Assembly: GCA_017404335.1 (NCBI GenBank)
Contig: JAFRCN010000002.1
Location: 101,821 to 165,820 of the forward strand
Direction of reading: 5' to 3'
From: Candidatus Saccharimonadota bacterium
GTDB taxonomy: Bacteria > Patescibacteriota > Saccharimonadia > Saccharimonadales > Saccharimonadaceae
DNA: 64,000 nt
Part shown: in pieces, positions 29,465-39,134 of the stretch
Layout of the letters: every line of letters starts with the position of its first letter
Position numbering within the stretch: the first letter of the stretch is position 1
Notes under the pieces: model-generated
What the model saw: only the letters and a program-made list of their open reading frames with translations
The model's database searches: none
Told to the model about the DNA's origin: nothing
Translations under genes and position numbers: made by a program

Positions 29465-31444
29465 ATGGCTAAATTTAAGCTTGTTTCGAAATTCCGACCG
29501 ACTGGAGACCAACCCGAGGCGATTCGCCGGCTAACCGACGGGATTAATCGGGGTATCCACGAACAAACTTTGCTCGGGGTGACTGGGTCGGGAAAGACTT
29601 TTACGATGGCGAATATTATCCAAAACGTCCAGCGACCAACTTTAATTTTGGCCCATAATAAGACCCTTGCGGCTCAGCTTTATTCTGAGTTTCGTGATTT
29701 CTTTCCGGAGAATGAAGTGCATTATTTCGTCTCGTACTTTGATTATTATCAGCCGGAAGCTTATATTGCTTCGACCGACACCTATATCGAAAAGGATTCG
29801 GCAATTAACGATGAGATTGACCGGCTACGACACGGAGCCACCGAAGCTTTACTTACTCGACGCGATGTAATTGTAGTCTCATCCGTATCGTGCATTTACG
29901 GCATTGGGTCGCCCGAGAATTATTTGGAAATGTCTTTTGAGATTACAAAAAATGACGGAATATCACAATTGGAGTTCATCAGAAAGCTAGTAAATATTCA
30001 ATACCACCGGAATGACTTGGCGTTTGAACGGGGGAATTTTCGGGTGATGGGGGATACAATCGATTTATTTCCGGCGAACGGAGAATATGCGTATCGGTTT
30101 GAATTTGGATTTGATACTTTAGAAGAAGTGAAGATTGTTGACCCTTTGACTTTTGAGGTTCGCGAGAAACCGGAGCACATTCATATTTTTCCAAACACCC
30201 ATTATGCGACACCGATGGACCAGCTTGAGAAGGCGCTTATCACAATTCGGGCAGAGTACGAGGATAGGTTAAAATATTTTGAGAAGCATCAAAAATACCT
30301 CGAGGCGCAAAGGCTTTCGCAACGCACGAAATACGACTTAGAGATGTTGAAAGAGACAGGGTTTGTTAAAGGGATTGAAAATTATTCTAGACACTTAGAT
30401 GGCCGCGCGCCGGGACAGCCACCTTCGACTTTGCTCGATTTCTTTCCGAAAGATTGGCTGCTCATCGTCGATGAGTCGCACATGACTTTACCGCAGGTGC
30501 GCGGAATGTATAATGGCGACCATGCGAGGAAGTTGGCGCTTGTCGATTACGGTTTTCGACTACCGTCAGCTCTGGATAACCGACCTTTAACCTACGGCGA
30601 GTTTCAAAAGAAGATTAATCAGGCTATCTATGTATCGGCGACTCCAGGAGAATATGAATTGGAAGTTTCACCAGAGCCGGCGGAGCAGGTAATTCGCCCA
30701 ACTGGGCTGCTCGACCCGGAGATTGAAGTTAGGTCGTCGGACGGACAAATCGACGATTTGATGGAAGAAATCGACCAGCGGATCGCGAAGGGCCAGAGGA
30801 CTTTAATCACGACGTTAACGAAGCGGATGGCGGAGGACTTGACCGACCATCTAAAAGAGCGCGGCGTAAAGACGGCCTATATTCACTCGGATATCGATAC
30901 ATTGGAGCGCGGAGACATATTACGAGATTTACGGGCGGGAGTTTACGACGTTTTGGTCGGAATTAATCTTTTGCGCGAGGGGCTAGATTTGCCGGAAGTA
31001 TCGCTCGTTGCGATCTTGGATGCGGATAAGGAAGGATTTTTACGGTCAGAGTCGGCACTAATCCAGACGATAGGTCGCGCGGCGAGACATGAAGAGGGGA
31101 AGGTGATCATGTATGCGAATTTTATTACCGAGAGTATGGAGAAGGCGATTTCCGAGACAAATCGGCGACGCGAGATACAGAAAGAATATAATGCAAAGCA
31201 TCATATTACGCCGCATTCGATTCAGAAGGAAGTCGGAGCGGGGCTTCGGGCGATTATCCCGGAAAAGGAGAAAGAGAATAAACTCGATATTAAACGGATT
31301 CCGAAGGATGAATTGCCGACCCTGATTAAATCTTTGCAGTCCGAGATGCAACTCGCCGCGGCGAACCTTGAGTTTGAAAAAGCGGCGGGACTACGCGACG
31401 AAATTGAGAGAATTAAGGATTTTATCGAGGGTAAAAAATCATAG
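29465..31444 (+). CDS. uvrB: excinuclease ABC subunit B
   Basis: The start is taken at MAKFKL (M17 of the tracked ORF), 7 nt after [21 protein letters not shown] and a UVR C-terminus. Confidence 0.94.
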   Translation: MAKFKLVSKFRPTGDQPEAIRRLTDGINRGIHEQTLLGVTGSGKTFTMANIIQNVQRPTLILAHNKTLAAQLYSEFRDFFPENEVHYFVSYFDYYQPEAYIASTDTYIEKDSAINDEIDRLRHGATEALLTRRDVIVVSSVSCIYGIGSPENYLEMSFEITKNDGISQLEFIRKLVNIQYHRNDLAFERGNFRVMGDTIDLFPANGEYAYRFEFGFDTLEEVKIVDPLTFEVREKPEHIHIFPNTHYATPMDQLEKALITIRAEYEDRLKYFEKHQKYLEAQRLSQRTKYDLEMLKETGFVKGIENYSRHLDGRAPGQPPSTLLDFFPKDWLLIVDESHMTLPQVRGMYNGDHARKLALVDYGFRLPSALDNRPLTYGEFQKKINQAIYVSATPGEYELEVSPEPAEQVIRPTGLLDPEIEVRSSDGQIDDLMEEIDQRIAKGQRTLITTLTKRMAEDLTDHLKERGVKTAYIHSDIDTLERGDILRDLRAGVYDVLVGINLLREGLDLPEVSLVAILDADKEGFLRSESALIQTIGRAARHEEGKVIMYANFITESMEKAISETNRRREIQKEYNAKHHITPHSIQKEVGAGLRAIIPEKEKENKLDIKRIPKDELPTLIKSLQSEMQLAAANLEFEKAAGLRDEIERIKDFIEGKKS

Positions 31445-31539
31445 TTTCGGTTTCAAAAAACATAAATGCCGTTTTAACAGAGGAGCAAAAAATTATAAGG
31501 TTAAGTTTTTAAAACATAATGTTATGATATAATTAAAGC

Positions 31540-32535
31540 ATGAGCATGGTGGGCACAGATATTATTGACCAAGTAAAGCACCGTATCCGAGCGACAGATT
31601 ATCTTTCGGTAGCACAAATTTATCTAAAAGACAACTTCTTATTGACGAGGAAGCTGAGGACAGACGACATTAAACCGAGGTTGCTTGGGCATTGGGGGAC
31701 TTGTCACGGGATCAATGTGGCTTATGCCAATTTAAAAAGCTTTTACGGTGGGAATCCGAATTTTTCGTTTGTACTCGGACCAGGGCATGGGTTCCCGGCA
31801 CTTAATGCAAATCTTTTTCTTGACGGAGAATTATTTAAGGTCGATAAAAAAGCCAGTCTAAACTACGCCGGGCTAAAATATCTTTGCCAAGGTTTTTCTT
31901 GGCCGGACGGATTTCCGAGCCATGCGAGTCCTTTGACGCCGGGAGTGATTACCGAGGGAGGAGAACTTGGCTATGCGCTTGCGAATGCTTATGGAGTGGC
32001 TTTGGGACACCCCGAAAAGATCCTCGCGGTCCTAATCGGGGACGGTGAACTTGAAACGGCGACAGCTCTAGCTTCTTTACATCTTCGAAATCTACTTTCT
32101 GGTTCGAAAAACGGGCGAGTTCTGCCGATTCTACATTTAAACGGTTACAAAATTTCGGCACCATCGATTTACGCGCGAAAATCAGAAAGAGAATTAAACG
32201 AACTAATTCGTGGATTCGGATTTTCGCCTATTATGATTGACGGGGACGACCCGGAAGTTTTTCAAGAAGCCTTAAAAAACGGAGATGGGAATGAGGCGCC
32301 GTTCTATGTTCTAAAGACCGAGAAGGGAAAGGGCGGGCCGAACCGTTACCATTTTGCACATCAAGTGCCTTTAAAGAATCCAAAGACCGACCCAAATGAG
32401 TTAGAGCAACTTGAAGAATGGCTGGCGAATTACCGACCTGGAGAAGTTTTAGCGGAATTTAAGGAAAAGAATGTGTTTAGTAGTTCTGAAGATAAACTTC
32501 AAGAAGCGATAGAAGGGAGAAGAGATGATAGATAG
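31540..32535 (+). CDS. xfp: phosphoketolase, N-terminal (TPP-binding) part
   Basis: LGHWGT, GPGHG, EGGELGYAL, GDGELET and PILHLNGYKI are colinear with Xfp residues ~1-400. Confidence 0.85.
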   Translation: MSMVGTDIIDQVKHRIRATDYLSVAQIYLKDNFLLTRKLRTDDIKPRLLGHWGTCHGINVAYANLKSFYGGNPNFSFVLGPGHGFPALNANLFLDGELFKVDKKASLNYAGLKYLCQGFSWPDGFPSHASPLTPGVITEGGELGYALANAYGVALGHPEKILAVLIGDGELETATALASLHLRNLLSGSKNGRVLPILHLNGYKISAPSIYARKSERELNELIRGFGFSPIMIDGDDPEVFQEALKNGDGNEAPFYVLKTEKGKGGPNRYHFAHQVPLKNPKTDPNELEQLEEWLANYRPGEVLAEFKEKNVFSSSEDKLQEAIEGRRDDR

Positions 32536-33694
32536 GGTAGACAATCCGGGAACGGAAAAGTTCTCCTCAGCGGAGCGAATCGGAGAATTGCTACTCCAAG
32601 AATTTCGTGAAAATCCGTTATTTTATTTCTTTTCGCCGGACGAAACGACATCCAATCGGTTCGATATAATTTTTAAGGAAGAGAAACGAGCGTGGGGGCT
32701 ACCGGCGGAGACTTGGGACCTACCGGAAAGCGAAAACGGCAGGATTGTCGAAATGTTGTCGGAGAATGTTTTATTTAGCGTCATGACCGGACATCTGATG
32801 AATGGCGAGAAGGCGATGATGGGAAGCTACGAAGCGTTTTTTCCGATTATTACTTCGCAAGTTTTACAACAAATCAAGTTTATTAAGCAATCTCTAAATG
32901 TCGCCTGGCGAAAACCGTTGCCGGCGGTTAACTTGCTTTCAACTTCGACTTGTTGGCGACAAGACCATAACGGTTTTACACATCAGTCACCGGCCTTGAT
33001 CTCAACCTTACTTTCTAGTCCGTCGAATCTTTCGAACTGCATTTTCCCAGTGGACGACGTAGCGGCAGAAGAAGCGTTTCGGTTTATGCTAGATTCGATG
33101 AATGTTGTAAACCTTACAACATTTAATAAGAATCCTTTACCAAGATATATTGATTCGCACCACGCGAACTTTCAGTTCTTTAACGGCGGAGCTTCGATTT
33201 ACGAGTTTATTTCGGATGAGGATCCGGACTTCGTCTTCACTGCAGCAGGAGATATCGTTACGCACGAGACAATCGAGGCGATAAAAATCTTAAAGGAAGA
33301 TTTGCCCAACACGCGGATTCGATTCATTGGAGTTAATGCTTTGTCGTACCGCGCGATTGGAACAACGGAGAATAAACTGTCGAAAGAAAAGTTCATGGAG
33401 CTGTTCACTAAAGATAAACCGATCGTCGCAAATTTTCATGGCTACCCAGAGACTTTTGAAAATATTCTGGAAAATTATACCGAGAGAGGAAGACTTCGCG
33501 TGCATGGGTTCAACGAAGAGGGTTCGACAACTACGCCGTTTGAGATGCTTAGAAGAAATGCAGCTTCGCGATACGATTTAGCAAAAGACGTGGCGAAGGT
33601 TTTGATGCGCGAAGATTTGGTTCAAAAATACGAACAGATGCTAGAGGACAACCATGCTCATGCTATTAGATACGGCAAAGATGTGATACAATAA
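32525..33694 (+). CDS. xfp: phosphoketolase, C-terminal part
   Basis: SPDETTSNR, WRQDHNGFTHQ and HGFNEEGSTTTPFEM are colinear with the rest of Xfp. It has its own ATG with GGGAG 5 nt upstream and overlaps the N-terminal part by 11 nt in the +1 frame. Confidence 0.85.
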   Translation: MIDRVDNPGTEKFSSAERIGELLLQEFRENPLFYFFSPDETTSNRFDIIFKEEKRAWGLPAETWDLPESENGRIVEMLSENVLFSVMTGHLMNGEKAMMGSYEAFFPIITSQVLQQIKFIKQSLNVAWRKPLPAVNLLSTSTCWRQDHNGFTHQSPALISTLLSSPSNLSNCIFPVDDVAAEEAFRFMLDSMNVVNLTTFNKNPLPRYIDSHHANFQFFNGGASIYEFISDEDPDFVFTAAGDIVTHETIEAIKILKEDLPNTRIRFIGVNALSYRAIGTTENKLSKEKFMELFTKDKPIVANFHGYPETFENILENYTERGRLRVHGFNEEGSTTTPFEMLRRNAASRYDLAKDVAKVLMREDLVQKYEQMLEDNHAHAIRYGKDVIQ

Positions 33695-33699
33695 GATTT

Positions 33700-34386
33700 A
33701 TGAGTATCCTTATTTTTCTGATAGTTTTCGGTATTTTTATCGAAACGACTATGCTGTTGATTAGAAAACACGATTTTTTTTCGAGCGGAAGAAGGAAAAT
33801 TTTCGTAGATACGTCGGTATTGATCGACGGAAGAATTTTGAGTGTCGCAAAGACTGGTTTTATTGATGGTGAATTGGTGATACTGAGAAGTGTATTACGA
33901 GAGTTACAACTTCTTGCGGATGGAAAGGATTCCGAAAAGCGAACGCGCGCGAGAGCTGGACTCGAAATCGTGTCGGAGCTTGAAAGAGTTGTAAATATCA
34001 ACACGGAGATTGTCGACGATGGAGAGGGTAGAAAAAAGGTTGACGAAGAGCTACTCCGCTACGCTAAAGCCAACAAAGGCTCAATCTTAACGATTGATTA
34101 TAATTTAATAAAGGTTGCTGAAGCTGAAAAAATCGAAGCCCTAAACTTAAACGATTTGGCCCTAGCGGTACGAACTGAATTCTTACCGGGCGAAAAAATG
34201 ACAATAAAAATTACCGAAAAAGGCTCGAATCGTGGTCAAGGCGTCGGACATTTACCGGACGGAACGATGGTCGTGGTCGACAAAGCCTCCAACAGAATTG
34301 GCAGAGAAGTCAACGTTGAGTTTGAGAGATTTCACGAAACTTCGGCTGGAAAAATCGTGTTTGCAAAAATTAGAAAACACCCCTAA
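33700..34386 (+). CDS. PIN and TRAM domain membrane protein (YacL-like)
   Basis: N-terminal TM segment, PIN motif (IFVDTSVLIDGR), and a TRAM-like C-terminus. Confidence 0.75.
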   Translation: MSILIFLIVFGIFIETTMLLIRKHDFFSSGRRKIFVDTSVLIDGRILSVAKTGFIDGELVILRSVLRELQLLADGKDSEKRTRARAGLEIVSELERVVNINTEIVDDGEGRKKVDEELLRYAKANKGSILTIDYNLIKVAEAEKIEALNLNDLALAVRTEFLPGEKMTIKITEKGSNRGQGVGHLPDGTMVVVDKASNRIGREVNVEFERFHETSAGKIVFAKIRKHP

Positions 34387-34446
34387 AGGAGTACCATTAA
34401 AACGCCCCGACTATGAGGCGTATTAATATAAGCACTTTGGAGGAAT

Positions 34447-37155
34447 TTAAGGAGTATCGTTGCTATCTAAGCTCATGTTTCCCGTGGCGACGTATCCGGC
34501 GCTATCTGAGACAACGAAGCGAATGGTCTTTTCAGACCCATCTAAAGTATAACCAGAAATCACACCATCATCTCCTAGCGAGATACCGCTTTTTTCTGCA
34601 TCATTTACATATAAAGTATAGCCAGCAATATCGTAAGAACCCTTTTTAATTATCGCTATAATACTATTGCCGCTTCTTTTCAATGCGACTGTCGGGGGAG
34701 TATAGTCACAGGTATCGTTAACTTCGTTATTATATGGCTCCGGTACATTGTAATTCTCTTTTTTTGTCATCGGATCGGTTATTTTAGTCACTTCAACGTC
34801 AATTTTATAGCTCTCGGCAGTACATTCAGTCGCTAAAAGATGGTTATATCTATTGAACGTCAAAGTATCTTTAGCGATGCCGGAATTTTTGGCTGGGTCA
34901 AACCAGCTTGGCCAAATATCAGTCTTGCCATTAACGGTCAAAGTTTTAATACCGGCTGGTTTGACTGGCTGATCGCCGTAGTGCCACTTACCATCAGGCT
35001 CATAGACTTCTTTGTGAACACGTTCCATATATGTTCCCACTACCGTACGGGGGACCAAGTTAGAGTTAGAAGAAAGACCAGCTCCGTCATGGTTGCCATT
35101 CCAGACAAAAGTTGAAAGAGCAGTCGAATAGCTTTCGATTAGAGAGTCCTTAGTGACGGCTGAGTTAGAGGTGGTCGTGGTGCCAGTTTTTGTGGCTGTC
35201 CATACACCCGGAACAACATAACCAAAGCTCTGCGAACCGCCAGCAGCATAAATACCGAAACGAGCGCTGCCATCACTTAAAATATTTGAAATCATATAAG
35301 CAACTTGCTCGTCGACTACGCGAGTTCCAGGTGTATCGGTCCAGGACTCAACTACATCGCCGGAAGAATTTTTGACTTCAAGCACATAAGCTAAGTCTTT
35401 ATACGTACCGCCGCGGGCGAGAGAGGCATAGGCGTTCGCGTGCTCGACCATGCGGACACCGCAACCTGAACCAATTGCGATAGAGAGGCCGTAATTATCA
35501 CGATTTTCGCAATAGGATTTATCGCCGAGTGCACGAGCGACCTCGAGCGAATTCTCGATCCCATTAATATATAGAGCTTTTACTGCGGCGATGTTTAGGG
35601 AGTGACCAAGCGAGAATCTTATTGTTACGTTGCCATAAAAGGTATTGGTCGCATTAGACATACCACAACGGCCGGAATAGCCAGCGCAGTAAATCTTATC
35701 AATATTCTCATCTTTTAGAACTGTGCCGGGGCCATAGTTAATTCCTTCGCGTTGCATAAAAAGTGGAGCATAGTCTAGAATCGGCTTGATTGATGAGCCT
35801 GGCTCGATTAAAGAGCTAGTTGTCGCATTAACTTCGCCGTAACCAGTTTTAAAGAAATCGATGGAGCCAACCATTGCGACAACTTGTGAAGTTTCTACGT
35901 CAATAGAGACCAATGCAATGTCGTCGCTATTGTTTGCATAGGTTCTTTCGGCGCCTGCTGCGACAGCGTCTTCGGCAATTTTTTGCGCACGATAATCAAG
36001 GGTAGTTTTAATTGTCCATCCGCCGGCGCGCATGGTCGAGATACCGTATTTTTCTTCTAGCTGAGATTTAACCTCGAGAACAAAGTGCGGAGCTTTCATG
36101 TCGGCGTATTGACTAGACTCAGGTTGGATACGATCGAGGATGGCAATTTCTTTTGCGGCAGCAGCTTCTTCCTCAGTAATGTATTCTTTAATTACCATAT
36201 CGTCAAGAACTTTGTGCTGGCGCTCAACTAAGAGTTCGTTGCCATATATATTATATGGGTCTAAAACGGCTGGATTGTTTGGAATAGCGGCAAGAAGTGC
36301 CGACTCAGCGAGGTCGAGATCTTTGGCAGACTTGCCAAAATAGGTTCGTGCAGCAGATTCGACGCCATTACGACGTCCACCATATGGAGACTGATTGAGA
36401 TACATTGTCAAAATCTGCTCCTTAGAATACATCCGCTCAAGTTCGATAGCCAGAATGAGCTCTTTGATCTTTCGCGTCAAACCGCCACGGTTTTCGCTGG
36501 TCGCCTCGTCGGAAAAGTAAACTTGCTTAATTAATTGTTGAGTCAAAGTCGAACCACCTTGAACGCCTTTGCCGGTTAGAGTTGAAAAGGTAGCTCGAAT
36601 CAAACCGACAAAGTCGACGCCGATGTGATTATAGAAGTTCTTGTCTTCGACCGCAATAGTAGCTTCGCGCATATATTCCGAAATTTCATCGCCATTGACT
36701 ACAAGGCGATAATCTTCGTTACCGGTATCGCGCCACAGTACTTCACCGTTACGATCTAGATAGGTATTTACCGTTTCGGAGATAGTCATTTCGTCGAGAC
36801 GAATTTGGTCGAGATCTTTTTTGTAATAAAGGAAAAGCCCGCCGATAAAAATAATACCAATTAGAATACAGGCTGCGAAAAATTTCAAAATCGCTTTTTG
36901 ACCACGCCAAGAAAACCACCATTTGAAAACTCGTTTCGGATGGAGCCTAGCAAAAAATCTCTTTACTGGGTCTTTCGGTAGAGTCGCAAGCTCCTCGGCC
37001 CGACGCCTCGCATTCGCTTCTTTTTTTGCTTTTCGTTTATAACTTAAACTTGAATAAAGACTCATGTTCTTTTTCGAAGTTTTCGCAGTTTTTTTAGACT
37101 TCACCACCTTTTTTTCGCTTGACGGCAAAATCACTTCTGATTTCTTTTTAGCCAT
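34447..37155 (-). CDS. class A penicillin-binding protein (glycosyltransferase plus transpeptidase) with a long C-terminal extension
   Basis: The start is taken at MAKKKSE (M23 of the tracked ORF). EDKNFYNHIGVD and GGSTLTQQL (GT51 domain) plus SSIKP (SxxK of the transpeptidase domain). Confidence 0.9.
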   Translation of the reverse strand: MAKKKSEVILPSSEKKVVKSKKTAKTSKKNMSLYSSLSYKRKAKKEANARRRAEELATLPKDPVKRFFARLHPKRVFKWWFSWRGQKAILKFFAACILIGIIFIGGLFLYYKKDLDQIRLDEMTISETVNTYLDRNGEVLWRDTGNEDYRLVVNGDEISEYMREATIAVEDKNFYNHIGVDFVGLIRATFSTLTGKGVQGGSTLTQQLIKQVYFSDEATSENRGGLTRKIKELILAIELERMYSKEQILTMYLNQSPYGGRRNGVESAARTYFGKSAKDLDLAESALLAAIPNNPAVLDPYNIYGNELLVERQHKVLDDMVIKEYITEEEAAAAKEIAILDRIQPESSQYADMKAPHFVLEVKSQLEEKYGISTMRAGGWTIKTTLDYRAQKIAEDAVAAGAERTYANNSDDIALVSIDVETSQVVAMVGSIDFFKTGYGEVNATTSSLIEPGSSIKPILDYAPLFMQREGINYGPGTVLKDENIDKIYCAGYSGRCGMSNATNTFYGNVTIRFSLGHSLNIAAVKALYINGIENSLEVARALGDKSYCENRDNYGLSIAIGSGCGVRMVEHANAYASLARGGTYKDLAYVLEVKNSSGDVVESWTDTPGTRVVDEQVAYMISNILSDGSARFGIYAAGGSQSFGYVVPGVWTATKTGTTTTSNSAVTKDSLIESYSTALSTFVWNGNHDGAGLSSNSNLVPRTVVGTYMERVHKEVYEPDGKWHYGDQPVKPAGIKTLTVNGKTDIWPSWFDPAKNSGIAKDTLTFNRYNHLLATECTAESYKIDVEVTKITDPMTKKENYNVPEPYNNEVNDTCDYTPPTVALKRSGNSIIAIIKKGSYDIAGYTLYVNDAEKSGISLGDDGVISGYTLDGSEKTIRFVVSDSAGYVATGNMSLDSNDTP

Positions 37156-37161
37156 GTAATC

Positions 37162-37181
37162 ATTATAACACGTGATATAAT
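37162..37181. promoter_or_regulatory. two back-to-back -10 boxes driving divergent leaderless genes
   Basis: Minus strand: TGTTATAAT with the -10 at 37162-37167, 6 nt before the PBP ATG at 37155. Plus strand: TGATATAAT with the -10 at 37176-37181, 7 nt before the murJ ATG at 37189. Confidence 0.55.
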
Positions 37182-37188
37182 AATATAT

Positions 37189-38829
37189 ATGAAAAAATTT
37201 CGTTTTAAATCGGTAGTGCAACTTGCCAATATGAAACTTTCGATTAAAACGGCAGCAATTGTGCTCGCAAGTTCGACGCTCCTCTCAGCTTTACTTGGAC
37301 TTTTTCGGGATAGACTTTTGAACTCTTATTATCTTGGGACTTATCCGACCGGAATCGACGCTTATACGGCGGCTTTCACGATTCCAGATTTTATGTTTTT
37401 TATTTTAACTTCGGGAGCACTTGCGGTTTCGTTTATTCCGGTATTCAATCAACGTTTAATGGCTGGAAATAAGAAGTCGGCATGGGAGCTTACTTCAAGT
37501 TTATTAAATCTCTTGGCAATTTTGACATTAATAACATCAGTTCTAATTATGATTTTTGCCGATCCTCTGATTCGCTACATCGTTAGTCCAGGACTCGATG
37601 AGTCGGGAATGATTTTAGCTGTAAACATGACGAGGGTAATTGCGATTAATCCGTTTTTGTTTTCGATCGCAACTGTCCTAACTTCGGTCCAGCAAGCAGT
37701 TGGGCGGTTCATTTTTCACGCTTTTGCACCCGCTATATATAATATAGGAATTATTATCGGGATTACTTGTTTTACGGGAGGGATTAATATTTTTGGAGTG
37801 CAAGTATTCGAGGGGGGGATTATGGGGGTCGCGATTGGCGTAATTTTCGGAGCAATTTTACAATTAATTACGTCCCTGATTGGTTTATTCGGGCTTGGGA
37901 TGGATTATACGTTTAAAATCTATTGGCGGAATCAAGGTTTTCGAGCAATCCTCAAACTACTCCCAGCACGTTCTCTGGACCAGGGGATTGACTATATCAA
38001 CGCAATCGTGAGTATGAATCTGTCTTCAAGAATGGGGGCCGGCGCAGTTCGGGCCTATGATCAAGCGACGACACTACACACTGTGCCGGTAAACTTAATC
38101 GGAGTTGCAATTTCGACTGCCTTTTTCCCGAAGCTAACCGAAGAGTTGGGCGGCGGAGACCAGCACGAATTCTATAATACTTTTAGAAAAGCGCTTCGGA
38201 TGATTGTTTGGATTTCGCTTCCGGTGGCGATTATTGCGTTTTTTGCGCGAGGTTACGTAGTTTCGTTCATTTCAAATATTGGAAATAATGACAGTAACGG
38301 AATGATAGTTTCGATTCTCGGCATGCTTTGTGTCGCGATTTTTGCGAAGTCGGTTTTTCATATTGCTTCGCGCGGTTTTTACGCTAATCAAGACACTAAA
38401 ACGCCATTCATTGTCTCGATTATAGCAGTTGGGTTAACTATGATTATGTCGGTGGTTTTTTATAAAATTGGTTTAGGAGTAGAGGGGCTAGGCTTAGCGC
38501 AGTCAATTGGTGCAGTTTTGGAGATTGTCATACTACTTGGATTATTACAACATAAATCTAAGGGAGAACTTCTAAATCGCAGTTTTTTTAAGGCTTTTTC
38601 TAAGATGCTGATTGCAACTTTAATTACGGGTTGCGTAACCTTTTCGCTCGTAAAGTTTATCCCGCTTCGGATCACCGACGTTTCGCTCGTAATTACCGCT
38701 CCAAAGTTCTTATTAATTACGGCACTTTCGTTAATTGTTTATATTATTGCGAGTTATTTCTTGGATTTGGATGAAGTTAAGCCGGTACTCGCAAAAATTC
38801 GAAAAATCCTGTTCCGAAACATAAAATAG
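37189..38829 (+). CDS. murJ: lipid II flippase MurJ (MviN family)
   Basis: Protein with about 14 TM segments and LGLFRDRLL near the N-terminus. An alternative start exists at M15 (37231). Confidence 0.85.
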   Translation: MKKFRFKSVVQLANMKLSIKTAAIVLASSTLLSALLGLFRDRLLNSYYLGTYPTGIDAYTAAFTIPDFMFFILTSGALAVSFIPVFNQRLMAGNKKSAWELTSSLLNLLAILTLITSVLIMIFADPLIRYIVSPGLDESGMILAVNMTRVIAINPFLFSIATVLTSVQQAVGRFIFHAFAPAIYNIGIIIGITCFTGGINIFGVQVFEGGIMGVAIGVIFGAILQLITSLIGLFGLGMDYTFKIYWRNQGFRAILKLLPARSLDQGIDYINAIVSMNLSSRMGAGAVRAYDQATTLHTVPVNLIGVAISTAFFPKLTEELGGGDQHEFYNTFRKALRMIVWISLPVAIIAFFARGYVVSFISNIGNNDSNGMIVSILGMLCVAIFAKSVFHIASRGFYANQDTKTPFIVSIIAVGLTMIMSVVFYKIGLGVEGLGLAQSIGAVLEIVILLGLLQHKSKGELLNRSFFKAFSKMLIATLITGCVTFSLVKFIPLRITDVSLVITAPKFLLITALSLIVYIIASYFLDLDEVKPVLAKIRKILFRNIK

Positions 38830-38846
38830 GTGGTATAATTTAAGAT

Positions 38847-39134
38847 ATGGACATAAAACGCGAGGATATTTTGCATTTGGCTAGTTTGTCGAATTTCAAT
38901 CTGACTAATACTGAAATCGAAAGCTTAGGAAGGGATTTGCAGGGAATTATTAAATACATTTCGCAACTTGACGAACTCGATACCGATGGGGTTGAACCGA
39001 CGTATCAAGCTTTTGAGATGGAGAACGTTTGGCGAGAAGATGAAATTCTAGAACAAGAAGCTTCGCGCGAAGATTTGCTCGCGCTAACTAAAAATGAAAA
39101 AGATAATCAAATAAAGGTGCCAAAAGTATTATGA
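38847..39134 (+). CDS. gatC: Asp/Glu-tRNA amidotransferase subunit C
   Basis: 95 aa. HLASLSNFNLT...GVEPT is typical of GatC. Leaderless layout. Confidence 0.88.
   Translation: MDIKREDILHLASLSNFNLTNTEIESLGRDLQGIIKYISQLDELDTDGVEPTYQAFEMENVWREDEILEQEASREDLLALTKNEKDNQIKVPKVL

Noticed and set aside
32525-32535. Labelling the split phosphoketolase a pseudogene
   Set aside because: Both halves are intact and full of conserved motifs. The second half has its own RBS and ATG at a domain boundary. The evidence does not allow a choice between a split enzyme, a frameshift or a sequencing error, so I kept two CDS.
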